The position numbers and the translations under genes were made by a program. From Bdellovibrionales bacterium (GTDB lineage Bacteria; Bdellovibrionota; Bdellovibrionia; Bdellovibrionales; UBA1609): a stretch of DNA of 64,000 bases. The stretch covers positions 6,806 to 70,805 of the forward strand of contig JALZUR010000024.1 of the NCBI GenBank assembly GCA_023301025.1. The letters are read 5' to 3'. Shown piece after piece: positions 31,775 to 40,805 of this stretch; within the stretch, counting starts at the first letter, position 1; each line of letters begins with the position of its first letter. Below the pieces are notes generated by a model that made no database searches, was not told the origin of the DNA, and saw only the letters and a program-made list of their open reading frames with translations.

Positions 31775-32656
31775 TTAAGAGATAACTCTAGTTTCGATAA
31801 AATCCTCAATAACTTTATTTAATTTTACAGGAACGTCTAAAGGTGTGCAGTGACTTCCTTCACTCAGTTTTTGATAAAATGAATTTTCAATCATTTCTGC
31901 AAGTTCTATGTTTTGCGATTCTTGAATAATTTGATCTCTTTCACCATGAACTATGAGTGTGGGGCACTTTACTAAGGCGCTATCGGCACTAAAATTAAAA
32001 CGAATAAGAGCTTTAAAGTGGTTTAAAAAACTTTGAAGGTCTATTGAAGCAACAGCTTTCGAGTATATTTCCATATCTTTTACAGGCATGCGTTCAGGAT
32101 TAAACCCGCCAAGGCAACCTGTTGTTTTTCTAAAAAAACTAGAGTCCACTCCGTTTTTCCAAATCCACTTTGTAAGTCTTGGAGCTGAGAGTGAAAATAC
32201 TTTAAACGCTTCAACCGCATCGATTATTTGCTTTTCATCTAAAACCTCAGAAAAAGGGTTTTTATAAAAGCCATTTACCAAGACAAGAGCTTTACACTTC
32301 TCCGGTGCGAGAGCTGCTAGTTTTAAAGAGATGGGAACACCATAGCTGTGTCCGAAAAAAAGAGCGGAACTTTCATTTGGAAAAGCTGTATCTAAAATTT
32401 TTAGAAGGTCGTGAGCTAGTAGGTCCATAGTTATCTTCTTTAAAAGCCCCCTAGAGCTTTTATGGTGACCGCGAAGGTCATAGGCAAGAACACGAAAATT
32501 TTTGGAAAAGTGCTCAATTTGGTTATGCCAGTGATTAATAGGGCACGCTAAGCCGTTTGAAAATACTAATACTGGTCCTGAGGTGCCATGTACTTCATAG
32601 TAAAGTTCAGCTTTGTCATCAGTTTTTATGTAAGATGTTTTTTGTTTTACACTCAT
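31775..32656 (-). CDS. Alpha/beta-fold hydrolase
   Basis: 293 aa. Nucleophile elbow GHSYG, oxyanion-type FSNG region, C-terminal His (GSHC). Confidence 0.8.
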   Translation of the reverse strand: MSVKQKTSYIKTDDKAELYYEVHGTSGPVLVFSNGLACPINHWHNQIEHFSKNFRVLAYDLRGHHKSSRGLLKKITMDLLAHDLLKILDTAFPNESSALFFGHSYGVPISLKLAALAPEKCKALVLVNGFYKNPFSEVLDEKQIIDAVEAFKVFSLSAPRLTKWIWKNGVDSSFFRKTTGCLGGFNPERMPVKDMEIYSKAVASIDLQSFLNHFKALIRFNFSADSALVKCPTLIVHGERDQIIQESQNIELAEMIENSFYQKLSEGSHCTPLDVPVKLNKVIEDFIETRVIS

Positions 32657-32665
32657 TATTTAATG

Positions 32666-33355
32666 CTACTCGCTTTTATGAAGAACAATGTTAAAGGCTG
32701 TTGCGCCAAACTCAACTAAATCACCATCTTGTACTTTTTGAGATGTGATAGGTTTTCCATTAATATAAATAAAATTTGAAAAATTTGTAGTGAATACAAT
32801 GTCATTATCTTTTTGATGAACCTTAATTAGAGTGTCTTCTGTTGGTATACTTGGATCGCAAAAGAAATAAATTGGACTTTTAGTCCCTAGATTTAGAGGT
32901 GTGTGGCTTATTACCCAACTTTGATTTAACCAAAAGCCTCTTACAAAATCAAAACGCAAAGGTACATCTAGTAGTTTTGAGTCAGACCTAGGCTTATAAA
33001 TTTTAGAGACTTCATCTAAGAGAGTAGAAAAATTTGAGGTATTGGTAGATGTTAAGGTATTTTTTACAACTTCAGACTTTTGAACAATAAAGGTGCTAAA
33101 GCCAATACAAAAATTAAGGCCTATTTCTAGCTCTATAGAATTTTGTTTGCTTCCTTCATCTACAAGAAGTAATTTTGGTGCCTTTTCTTTGCAAACCAGA
33201 TGTAGTTGTCCATTTAAGACCTCCACAATATAAAAGCCCGTTTGAATGGAGTTTAGAACAATGGTGTCTTCTTTTTTTGATGAGATCCTAAGACCTTCAA
33301 ATAAGCTGAATTTTTTACCCTGAAGGGGTCCATCGAGGCAGGTGAGGTTTAGCAT
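32666..33355 (-). CDS. Hypothetical protein with FHA-like N- and C-terminal segments
   Basis: N-terminus LTCLDGPLQGKKFSL and C-terminus IYINGKPITSQKVQDGDLVEFGATAFNIVL resemble FHA-domain strands. Weak assignment. Confidence 0.4.
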   Translation of the reverse strand: MLNLTCLDGPLQGKKFSLFEGLRISSKKEDTIVLNSIQTGFYIVEVLNGQLHLVCKEKAPKLLLVDEGSKQNSIELEIGLNFCIGFSTFIVQKSEVVKNTLTSTNTSNFSTLLDEVSKIYKPRSDSKLLDVPLRFDFVRGFWLNQSWVISHTPLNLGTKSPIYFFCDPSIPTEDTLIKVHQKDNDIVFTTNFSNFIYINGKPITSQKVQDGDLVEFGATAFNIVLHKSE

Positions 33356-33477
33356 AAGACGATCATAATGAAACTGTGTCGTCTAATCAATGAGAAAGCA
33401 TGTAATAGAGGCCTTTTTACTTGAGTGTTAGATAGGCTCATGTTAACAAACGAGGGCATTAACATAAAGAGCTCTTT

Positions 33478-33498
33478 GTGCAGATCAGTTGTCTGCAC
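33478..33498 (+). promoter_or_regulatory. 5'-UTR hairpin upstream of rpsF (possible r-protein autoregulatory leader)
   Basis: GTGCAGA-TCAGTTG-TCTGCAC, 10 nt upstream of the AAGGAG RBS at 33509-33514. Confidence 0.3.
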
Positions 33499-33519
33499 CT
33501 ACGACCATAAGGAGAAGCA

Positions 33520-33963
33520 ATGGCCATTGAGTATAAAAAATCTGAAAATATTAGACCTTACGAAAGTATAATTCTTGTTCACCCGGCAGCTAGCGATGAC
33601 AATAAGAAAAAAATCTTTCAAAAAAACAAAGCTGTTGTTGAAAGCTTTAAAGGCAGCGTTCACTCCGTAGACACTTGGGGCAAACGTAAGCTTGCAAACT
33701 CTATTAAAAAATTACAGACAGCAGAGTTTTTCCACAGTTATTTTACAGCAAGTCCAGAAGCTATTGTTGAAATTGAAAGAACTTTAGGAATCAACGACGA
33801 AGTTTTAAGAGTCATGCATGCCAAACTAGATTCTGATGTTTCAATGGAAAAACACGTTGAAGCATATAAAGCGACATTAAAAGACTCTCAAGAAAGAGTT
33901 AATGAAGCTGATGCTAGAAAACAAAAAAAGCGTGATATGCGTGACAATAAAATGAGAAAGTAA
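33520..33963 (+). CDS. rpsF: 30S ribosomal protein S6 with basic C-terminal extension
   Basis: RPYESIILVHP ... DTWGKRKLA are S6 hallmarks. 147 aa. Confidence 0.93.
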   Translation: MAIEYKKSENIRPYESIILVHPAASDDNKKKIFQKNKAVVESFKGSVHSVDTWGKRKLANSIKKLQTAEFFHSYFTASPEAIVEIERTLGINDEVLRVMHAKLDSDVSMEKHVEAYKATLKDSQERVNEADARKQKKRDMRDNKMRK

Positions 33964-33975
33964 GAGGTACACCTA

Positions 33976-34419
33976 ATGAAAGTTATTTTAAATAAAGATG
34001 TAAAAGATTTGGGTAAAGTTGGTGAGTTGGTTCAAGTAAAACCTGGTTTTGCTAGAAACTTTCTGTTTCCAAGACTACTTGCTGTTGAAGCAACAGAAAA
34101 ACGAAAAAAAGAATTCGAACATTTAAAAGCAGTAGCTGTTTCTAATCAAGAAAAAGCAGTTGGAAAAAGAAAAGAGCTTTTGGCCAAACTTGAAGGCATT
34201 ACTGTTGAGTTTTCAGCAGAAGCCTCTGATGACGAAAAACTATTTGGTTCAATTTCAAATCTTGATATCTCTAGAAAGTTAGAAGAAAAAGGTTATGAAA
34301 TCGACAAAAGAGATATTGTTTTAGAAGAGCCTATTAAGCTATTAGGTCAATACAAAGCATTAGTTACTTTTGGAAAAGATTTAGATACAAACATAACTGT
34401 GTCAGTTGCTAGAAAGTAA
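33976..34419 (+). CDS. rplI: 50S ribosomal protein L9
   Basis: [32 protein letters not shown] is a canonical L9 N-terminus. Confidence 0.95.
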   Translation: MKVILNKDVKDLGKVGELVQVKPGFARNFLFPRLLAVEATEKRKKEFEHLKAVAVSNQEKAVGKRKELLAKLEGITVEFSAEASDDEKLFGSISNLDISRKLEEKGYEIDKRDIVLEEPIKLLGQYKALVTFGKDLDTNITVSVARK

Positions 34420-34462
34420 TTTAGTAACACTTTTTTAAAGTTATCAATTTTTCTAGAATATG

Positions 34463-34490
34463 AAAAACCACCTAATAGGTGGTTTTTTTT
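34463..34490. terminator. Strong intrinsic terminator after rplI (A-tract/hairpin/T-tract, potentially bidirectional)
   Basis: AAAAACCACC-TAATA-GGTGGTTTTTTTT. Confidence 0.85.
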
Positions 34491-34545
34491 GTGTCTTTTA
34501 CAAGACATTTAAAGTCAGTGATTTCTTTTATAAGAAAGTCTGTTT

Positions 34546-34800
34546 TTATATGGCTTCATCCAGGATGTCATTAACAACGTCATTTAGGTCAAAGCTTGAA
34601 ATCAATCTTTCTCTATCAACTCTTTCGAGTTCTTCAAAACTATCTCCATCAAATATAAAAGGACTTGTATCTACAGTAATTTCTAAAGACTCAATTTCAA
34701 TTGTAGATGACTCTGTGGCAAAAGCGTTAGAGCTTACCGCAAGTGATGAGATAAAGAGTAAAGGAACTAAAATTTTTCTTTTGATACATTTCTTTTTCAT
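34546..34800 (-). CDS. Small secreted acidic protein (hypothetical)
   Basis: MKKKCIKRKILVPLLFISSLAVSSNAFA signal peptide followed by a Glu/Asp-rich mature part. Preferred over the antisense 158-aa ORF, which starts inside the rplI terminator. Confidence 0.5.
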   Translation of the reverse strand: MKKKCIKRKILVPLLFISSLAVSSNAFATESSTIEIESLEITVDTSPFIFDGDSFEELERVDRERLISSFDLNDVVNDILDEAI

Positions 34801-35112
34801 ACATAACAATTCGGCTAAAGTTGGGGTGGACTTTAGCCCTGGGTATCAGTTTGAAGCATTTTTTTTGTTTTTTATGGAAATATACTTAATAAATAGAGAA
34901 ATAACTGTAGTTGAACCAAGTTTGTCTCAAAAATAGAGATTAAAGTGTGGCTGAGGTAACAAAGTCGCAACACTTTTTGAGAGTTATTAAATAAGCCTAA
35001 ATAAGCTATTAAATTAGTCATTTTATAACTAAAAATGATTTGATTTTGATTTAATATAAAATGTGGCCTAATTTTGATGAGTTCAAAATAAACAACAAAA
35101 AAGGGATATATA

Positions 35113-35763
35113 ATGAAAAAAATGCTTAGCTTACTTCTAATGATAGCTTTTAGTTCTACATCACATGCAAATCATCATGCTGAAGGCGGTACTGAAATGC
35201 CTATACAAACAGGAAAGAGTGAAATCTCTTGGGTTGGTGGCAAAAAATTTACTGATTCAACTCACAGTGGAACAATAGACTTTGAATCAGGTTATATATC
35301 ATTTGATAAGAGTCAGCCTGTAAGTGGTCAGTTTGTTATTGATATGACTTCAATTAAGAACACAGATTTACCAGCTGAAAAACAGCCGAAACTTGTAGGA
35401 CATTTAAATTCTGAAGATTTTTTTGCAGTAGAAAAATTTAAAACGGCATCTTTTAATTTTAAAGAAGTAAAATCTCTTGGTAACAATCAGTATGCATTAA
35501 CTGGAATGATGAAGATTCGTGATGTAGAAAAAAAAGAAACCATACAAGCTATTATTTCTAAAAATGCAGATGGCACTTACGCAGCAAATGCTGACATTGT
35601 AATAGATAGAACAAAATACGGTGTTAACTTTCACAACGAGTCTGAAGATGGATCAAAGACATTCTTTTTAGTAAAACTTTTTAAAGGTGCAGGTGCTGTT
35701 GCTAAAGATAAGATTATAAAAAATGATATGACTTTAACTGTTAAACTTGTTGCAGGTAAATAA
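35113..35763 (+). CDS. YceI-like periplasmic (polyisoprenoid-binding) protein
   Basis: Signal peptide. SWVGGKKF.. THSGT ... FVIDMTSI ... LVGHLNSEDFF ... KFKTASF pattern typical of the YceI family. Confidence 0.65.
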   Translation: MKKMLSLLLMIAFSSTSHANHHAEGGTEMPIQTGKSEISWVGGKKFTDSTHSGTIDFESGYISFDKSQPVSGQFVIDMTSIKNTDLPAEKQPKLVGHLNSEDFFAVEKFKTASFNFKEVKSLGNNQYALTGMMKIRDVEKKETIQAIISKNADGTYAANADIVIDRTKYGVNFHNESEDGSKTFFLVKLFKGAGAVAKDKIIKNDMTLTVKLVAGK

Positions 35764-35787
35764 GTTTATATAAAGAAACTTATTTTA
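35758..35787 (+). terminator. A/T-rich terminator-like hairpin after the yceI-like gene
   Basis: TAAGTTT-8 nt loop-AAACTTA followed by TTTT; stem extendable by 2 A-T pairs. Confidence 0.45.
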
Positions 35788-35800
35788 TTAGAAAGAGTTC

Positions 35801-37216
35801 TTACTGTTTTGGAGCCCAGTTTTTTGGGCTTCTTTTGATTGGTTCTAAATCTAAATTCTCTTCATAAGCTTCAGTCGGAGGCTCTGGTCCCAAGTGTGAT
35901 TCTGTGTAGTTAAGAAATCTACCAGTGTTTGGATCCCAGCGAAGTTTTACTGTTCCGGTCGGTCCGTTTCTTTGCTTTCCAACAATGATTTCTGCTTGAT
36001 CAGATTCATTTTCTTTTTCGTAATAAGACTCACGATAAATCATCATGATTACATCTGCATCTTGCTCAATAGATCCAGATTCTCTTAAGTCAGAGAGCAT
36101 TGGTCGTCTGTCAGAACGGCCTTCAACACCACGGTTGAGCTGTGCTAGGGCAAGTACTGGAATTTTTAGCTCTTTTGCTAAAGCTTTTAAGCCTTTTGAA
36201 ATTTCTGCTACTTCACGCTCTCTTGAATCAAAGCGCTGCTTCATTCCCATAAGCTGAAGGTAATCAATCATAATAAGATCAAGCCCTTCTTTTGATTTTA
36301 GTTTTCTTGCTTTGGATCTAATCTCAAAAGGACTGATCCCAGAAGTGTCATCAATAAAAAGGCTTGCTTCAGCAACTTTTGCAGAAGCCTGTATAACTGC
36401 AGGCCAAGTGTTGTTGTCGAGGCTTCCGTTTCTTATGTTGTTAAGACTAACTCCTGATTCGATACCAAGAATTCTCATCATCATACTTTCTTTAGGCATT
36501 TCCACAGAGAAGTACGCTAAAGATTTTTTTTCTGTGAAAGCCACGTGTGATGCAATATTTAAACTTAAAGCCGTTTTACCCATAGACGGACGTGCTGCAA
36601 GTATTGAAAGCTCACCTGGTTGAAGTCCTGATGTCATTTTATCTAAGTCATAAAAACCGGTAGTGATACCAGTAAACTCAGATTTACTTGTGTAGAGCTG
36701 TTCTAGTTTTTCTAAGCTTAGTTTTACAAGTTCAGAGGATGACATTAGATTACTTTCTGAATTGTTTAAGTTTGAAATTTTAAAAATTTCAGATTCCGCT
36801 TTTTCAAAAAAGATTTCTAAATTTTCAAAGGCTCCAGCGTAGCCCTCTTGTGCAATTTCTGAAGCACTATGAATCATCATTCTAACTAAAGATTTTTCTT
36901 TAACAATGTTAGCGTATTCAATAACATTGGTGACAGTCGGTGTAGAGTCTATGATTTCAGACAAGTATTGAATTCCACCGACTGAGTGTATTTCATTAGT
37001 GGTTTTTAAATGGTTTGAAAGTACAATTAGATCGGTAGATTGACCTTTTTTTGTAAGATCTTTTAGAGCTGAAAAAATTTTTCTGTGTGCCGGTCTATAG
37101 AAATCAATTTCATTGATGTTGTCAGAGACTTCATCCCATGCCTCGGGGGACAGCATGAGAGCACCTAATACAGCCTGTTCGGCTTCTAGACTATGCGGAG
37201 GAACTTTATCGATCAA
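35801..37216 (-). CDS. dnaB: Replicative DNA helicase DnaB
   Basis: 471 aa. Walker A ARPSMGKTALSLN, Walker B LIMIDYLQLM, arginine finger region. Confidence 0.96.
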   Translation of the reverse strand: MIDKVPPHSLEAEQAVLGALMLSPEAWDEVSDNINEIDFYRPAHRKIFSALKDLTKKGQSTDLIVLSNHLKTTNEIHSVGGIQYLSEIIDSTPTVTNVIEYANIVKEKSLVRMMIHSASEIAQEGYAGAFENLEIFFEKAESEIFKISNLNNSESNLMSSSELVKLSLEKLEQLYTSKSEFTGITTGFYDLDKMTSGLQPGELSILAARPSMGKTALSLNIASHVAFTEKKSLAYFSVEMPKESMMMRILGIESGVSLNNIRNGSLDNNTWPAVIQASAKVAEASLFIDDTSGISPFEIRSKARKLKSKEGLDLIMIDYLQLMGMKQRFDSREREVAEISKGLKALAKELKIPVLALAQLNRGVEGRSDRRPMLSDLRESGSIEQDADVIMMIYRESYYEKENESDQAEIIVGKQRNGPTGTVKLRWDPNTGRFLNYTESHLGPEPPTEAYEENLDLEPIKRSPKNWAPKQ

Positions 37217-37244
37217 GAGTTAACCCCCCCAAAAATAAAAGGAC

Positions 37245-37595
37245 TTAGTTAAGTCTCAAACGACGTGGCTTAATGTTGTAGTTGTCGATTTTCTTTTTTA
37301 GAGTGTTTCTGTTGATACCAAGCATTTGCGCCGTGCGAACTTGATTTCCGTTGTGCGCTTTTAAAGAAAGTTCGATGAGTGGTTTTTCAACCTGCTCCAT
37401 TACAAGACTGTATAGACCGTTTAATTCAACTTTAGTTTCTTTCTGTTGACGAAACAAAACTTCAAGTTTGCTTTTTACAAGCTCTTCTAAACTAACTTGA
37501 GTAAGGTTTGCAACAAGCATGTCACCTGTGTTTTGCAGCTGATTGTTTTGTTGGGGCTGTTGAATCGTATTGAAAGTATCGTTTGTTGTTTGCAC
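37245..37595 (-). CDS. Fis-family (HTH_8) DNA-binding protein with Gln-rich N-terminus
   Basis: C-terminal NGNQVRTAQMLGINRNTLKKKI is a Fis/NtrC-type helix-turn-helix. 116 aa. Confidence 0.65.
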   Translation of the reverse strand: MQTTNDTFNTIQQPQQNNQLQNTGDMLVANLTQVSLEELVKSKLEVLFRQQKETKVELNGLYSLVMEQVEKPLIELSLKAHNGNQVRTAQMLGINRNTLKKKIDNYNIKPRRLRLN

Positions 37596-37604
37596 TGTTT
37601 TACC

Positions 37605-38246
37605 TCATCTCCCATTAAGTGTTTCGGGCCAAATTACCTTATGGAGCTGAATTTGCAACCTTATTTCACAACCTGTGAATAAAATTTTATCAGCAAGCCA
37701 AGACTCTGAAATTTGTCCATAGCTAGGACTAAAGAGTATTTCACAATTTTGGAACATCTGATGTTTCGCAGCAAATTCTATAGCCCAATCAAAATCCTTC
37801 TCAGAACAGATAACAAACTTATATTCTGTTTGTCCGTCTCCAATAAACTCTAAGTTCTCCATACAAAAGGCATCAGGTTCTCCAGAGTCAGGAGTTTTGA
37901 TATCAATTATTTTTTTCACCTCTTTCGGAAGGGCTTTGCAGTCCTTGTCTCCAGAGGTTTCTATTGAGCAAAAGTATCCTAATTTCAGTAACTTATCTAA
38001 AAGATCAAGAGATTCTTTTTGCAGTAAAGGCTCACCGCCTGTGAGACAAACTCGTTTACAGGGGTATTTTGAAATCTCTTCAATAATATCTTCAGAACTT
38101 TGTTTTTTACCCTCATAGTAAGCGTACTTTGTATCACAATAACTGCACCTAAGATGGCAACCAGAGGTTCTGATAAAAACTGTTGGAAGCCCTGTTAGAC
38201 TAGACTCCCCTTGTACGCTATAAAAAATTTCGTTGATTTTAAGCAT
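37605..38246 (-). CDS. queE: 7-carboxy-7-deazaguanine synthase (radical SAM)
   Basis: CHLRCSYCDT radical-SAM cluster, LTGGEPLLQ. 213 aa with QueE-like N-terminus EIFYSVQGES. Confidence 0.85.
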   Translation of the reverse strand: MLKINEIFYSVQGESSLTGLPTVFIRTSGCHLRCSYCDTKYAYYEGKKQSSEDIIEEISKYPCKRVCLTGGEPLLQKESLDLLDKLLKLGYFCSIETSGDKDCKALPKEVKKIIDIKTPDSGEPDAFCMENLEFIGDGQTEYKFVICSEKDFDWAIEFAAKHQMFQNCEILFSPSYGQISESWLADKILFTGCEIRLQIQLHKVIWPETLNGR

Positions 38247-38332
38247 ATAAACTCATAAATGAGGTTTTTTTTAAGATCAACTGGACTTTCAACGCATTCA
38301 CAAAATTATATACATTACGTTATAATTACAGT

Positions 38333-40666
38333 GTGAAAACAAAAATTTTAAACTCAAAAGCTCGTTTCAATCTCATATCACTCTTTTATTTGGCTATAAG
38401 TGGTTTAACCGCACTATCGCTTATTTCCTATTCCCCAAGAGATTTGTCTTTCAATTCTAAAATTTACAATTGGTCTGAACCCTCCGAAAACCTATTTGGT
38501 TATATAGGGTCTTTTTTGTCTGATGGACTTTTACAGATTTTTGGTATTGGGGCGTGGGTTTTTGTACTCTTCTTTTTTTGGCTATTCTGGTCACGTGTTA
38601 TATCCAAACAAAATAAAATTGATGGAGAAAAGATTTTATTTTCAATAGTTGGACTTTTAAGTTTCTGCTTGGCTTTTGGATTTTTTAAAAACTTTTATTT
38701 GTACGATGGATTTATTTTTTCTGGTGGCTGGCTCGGAATTAGAGGCTTTCAAGCTCTACATCCTATAGTAAGTAAGGGCGGGATTTTTACACTTGTATTG
38801 GTTGGTTTTGTTTTAACAACATTAGTTTTTTTAGAAAAATCTTTAGATGAAATTTTTAATGGAGCATCACTTTTAAGCTTTGGTTCAAACTCTGTCGAAA
38901 GATTTACTTCTTTTAAAAAAATATTTTACACTAGTAACCAAAATAAAAAAGAAGCTTCAGAGATTTCATCATCGTCTGTTTCGATCCAAAAAATCATTGG
39001 CGAAAAATTAAGATTAAAAAGAGAAACTGCAGAAATTGATACGTCTTTTATTGGTGAAGAAGAAGAAACTCAAGATTCAGAGCCTTTAAGAATGGATATG
39101 CCTGTTATAAAAAGAAGTTCTTTTAACGCCAATGAAAAGGTTCCAAAAGTTAAATCTAAATCTGATGAAGGTTGGGAGCTTCCGCCTATAGAGTACCTTG
39201 GAGAAGTTCCAGTAGAGGTTGCTTCACAAGTTAGAGATGATGAGATTCAAGAAAAAGCTAAGCTTTTACAATCAAAGTTAGAAAACTTTAATGTAAAAGG
39301 AAAAGTTACTGGAATAAAGACAGGGCCTGCCGTTACATTATTTGAATATAAGCCAAACGAAAATATTAAGATTTCTAAAATAACAGAGCTTGCCGATGAT
39401 TTATCTTTGGCTATGTCTGCAGAGTCCATAAGAATCATTGCACCAATTCCTGGAAGAAATGTTGTGGGTATTGAAACTTCTAATTCAACAAGAGGGACGG
39501 TTTATTTAAAAGAAATACTTTCTACAAAAGATTTTTGGGATGATGAAGAGAATAAAATTCCTATTGGTTTAGGCAAAAGAGCTGATGGTCATCCTATGGT
39601 TGTTGACCTAAGAAAAATGCCACACTTACTAGTGGCTGGATCTACGGGGTCAGGAAAATCTGTTTTTGTTGTTTCAACCATAACGAGCTTATTAATGAGA
39701 TATTCTCCGGAAGATCTAAGGCTAATAATGGTCGATCCAAAGCAAGTAGATTTAGCAGCCTTTGAAGATCTACCCCATTTGATACTTCCCATAATTAAAG
39801 AACCTAAAAAAGCAATTTCATCTTTAAGGTGGGCCATAAGAGAAATGGATAAACGCTATAGATCTATGGCGCACTTTGGAGTTAGAAAGCTTGAAGAGTT
39901 TAATGAAGCCGTTTTAGAATTGAGTGAAGAAGAAAAAGAAGACTGTGAATTAGAAAATTCAAAATTTGAAGAGTCAAAACTTTTAAATAAAACCTATTAT
40001 TTTGAAAAACTTCCCTACATTGTAATTATTGTAGAAGAGTTTGGGGACTTGATGTCCATTGATAAAAATAATGTTGAAGCTGCTATTGTTAGATTAGCTC
40101 AAATGGCAAGAGCATGTGGGATTCATTTAATTTTAGCTATGCAATCTCCAAGAAAAGATGTGGTTACGGGTCTTATTAAAACAAATATTCCTGGGCGTAT
40201 AAGTTTTAAAGTTGCGAGTAAAATGGACTCTAGAATTGTTTTAGATGAATCTGGTGCTGAAAGACTTTTAGCTCGAGGTGATATGCTCTTTTTGTCTCCA
40301 GGTGTTTCAAAACCAGTAAGAGCTCATGGGTCATGGGCTCCAGAAGATGTTATTTCTGATGTTGTTGAACATTGGAAAGATCAAGGTGAGCCCGAGTACT
40401 TGGTTGATTTAGAAGACAGCTCTTCATCAGGCGTATCTGGGATTTTAACAGAAGGTGTAAACTCTGAATTTGATGAACGATATGATGAAATTCTAGATTT
40501 TGTTTCAACTCAAAAAACTATTTCAGCTTCTTTGGTTCAAAGGCGATTTCGTCTTGGCTACCCAAGAGCTGCCAGAATAATTGAAGAAATGGAGTCACAA
40601 GGAATCATTGGTCCACAACAAGGATCAAAGCCTAGAAAAGTTCTGATTAATCCCATTGAGCACTAA
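38333..40666 (+). CDS. ftsK: DNA translocase FtsK
   Basis: N-terminal TM helices, linker, motor with Walker A GSTGSGKSV and Walker B IVIIVEEFGDL, C-terminal gamma winged helix (LVQRRFRLGYPRAARIIEEME). GTG start. Confidence 0.95.
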   Translation: MKTKILNSKARFNLISLFYLAISGLTALSLISYSPRDLSFNSKIYNWSEPSENLFGYIGSFLSDGLLQIFGIGAWVFVLFFFWLFWSRVISKQNKIDGEKILFSIVGLLSFCLAFGFFKNFYLYDGFIFSGGWLGIRGFQALHPIVSKGGIFTLVLVGFVLTTLVFLEKSLDEIFNGASLLSFGSNSVERFTSFKKIFYTSNQNKKEASEISSSSVSIQKIIGEKLRLKRETAEIDTSFIGEEEETQDSEPLRMDMPVIKRSSFNANEKVPKVKSKSDEGWELPPIEYLGEVPVEVASQVRDDEIQEKAKLLQSKLENFNVKGKVTGIKTGPAVTLFEYKPNENIKISKITELADDLSLAMSAESIRIIAPIPGRNVVGIETSNSTRGTVYLKEILSTKDFWDDEENKIPIGLGKRADGHPMVVDLRKMPHLLVAGSTGSGKSVFVVSTITSLLMRYSPEDLRLIMVDPKQVDLAAFEDLPHLILPIIKEPKKAISSLRWAIREMDKRYRSMAHFGVRKLEEFNEAVLELSEEEKEDCELENSKFEESKLLNKTYYFEKLPYIVIIVEEFGDLMSIDKNNVEAAIVRLAQMARACGIHLILAMQSPRKDVVTGLIKTNIPGRISFKVASKMDSRIVLDESGAERLLARGDMLFLSPGVSKPVRAHGSWAPEDVISDVVEHWKDQGEPEYLVDLEDSSSSGVSGILTEGVNSEFDERYDEILDFVSTQKTISASLVQRRFRLGYPRAARIIEEMESQGIIGPQQGSKPRKVLINPIEH

Positions 40667-40805
40667 AAATTTAAAAATGAGCAATTTATGTTGAAGAATG
40701 TATTAAAAAATAGACCAAAGTCTTATTACTTTTGGCCGAAGTGAACTTTAATTTAATGTAAACTCATACGATAATATAAGTAACATCAAAAAAGGTTATG
40801 CATCT

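Noticed and set aside
34460-34936. 158-aa plus-strand ORF after rplI.
   Set aside because: It starts inside the rplI intrinsic terminator, has a Ser/Leu-rich low-complexity translation and no RBS. It is antisense to an ORF with a convincing signal peptide.
38247-38332. Looked for a preQ1 riboswitch upstream of queE, because an A-rich tract (AAAAAAAACCTCA) precedes the start.
   Set aside because: I could not find the P1 stem, loop and pseudoknot arrangement of preQ1-I/II aptamers. Only a tiny CTCAT/ATGAG stem is present. A covariance-model scan would settle it.
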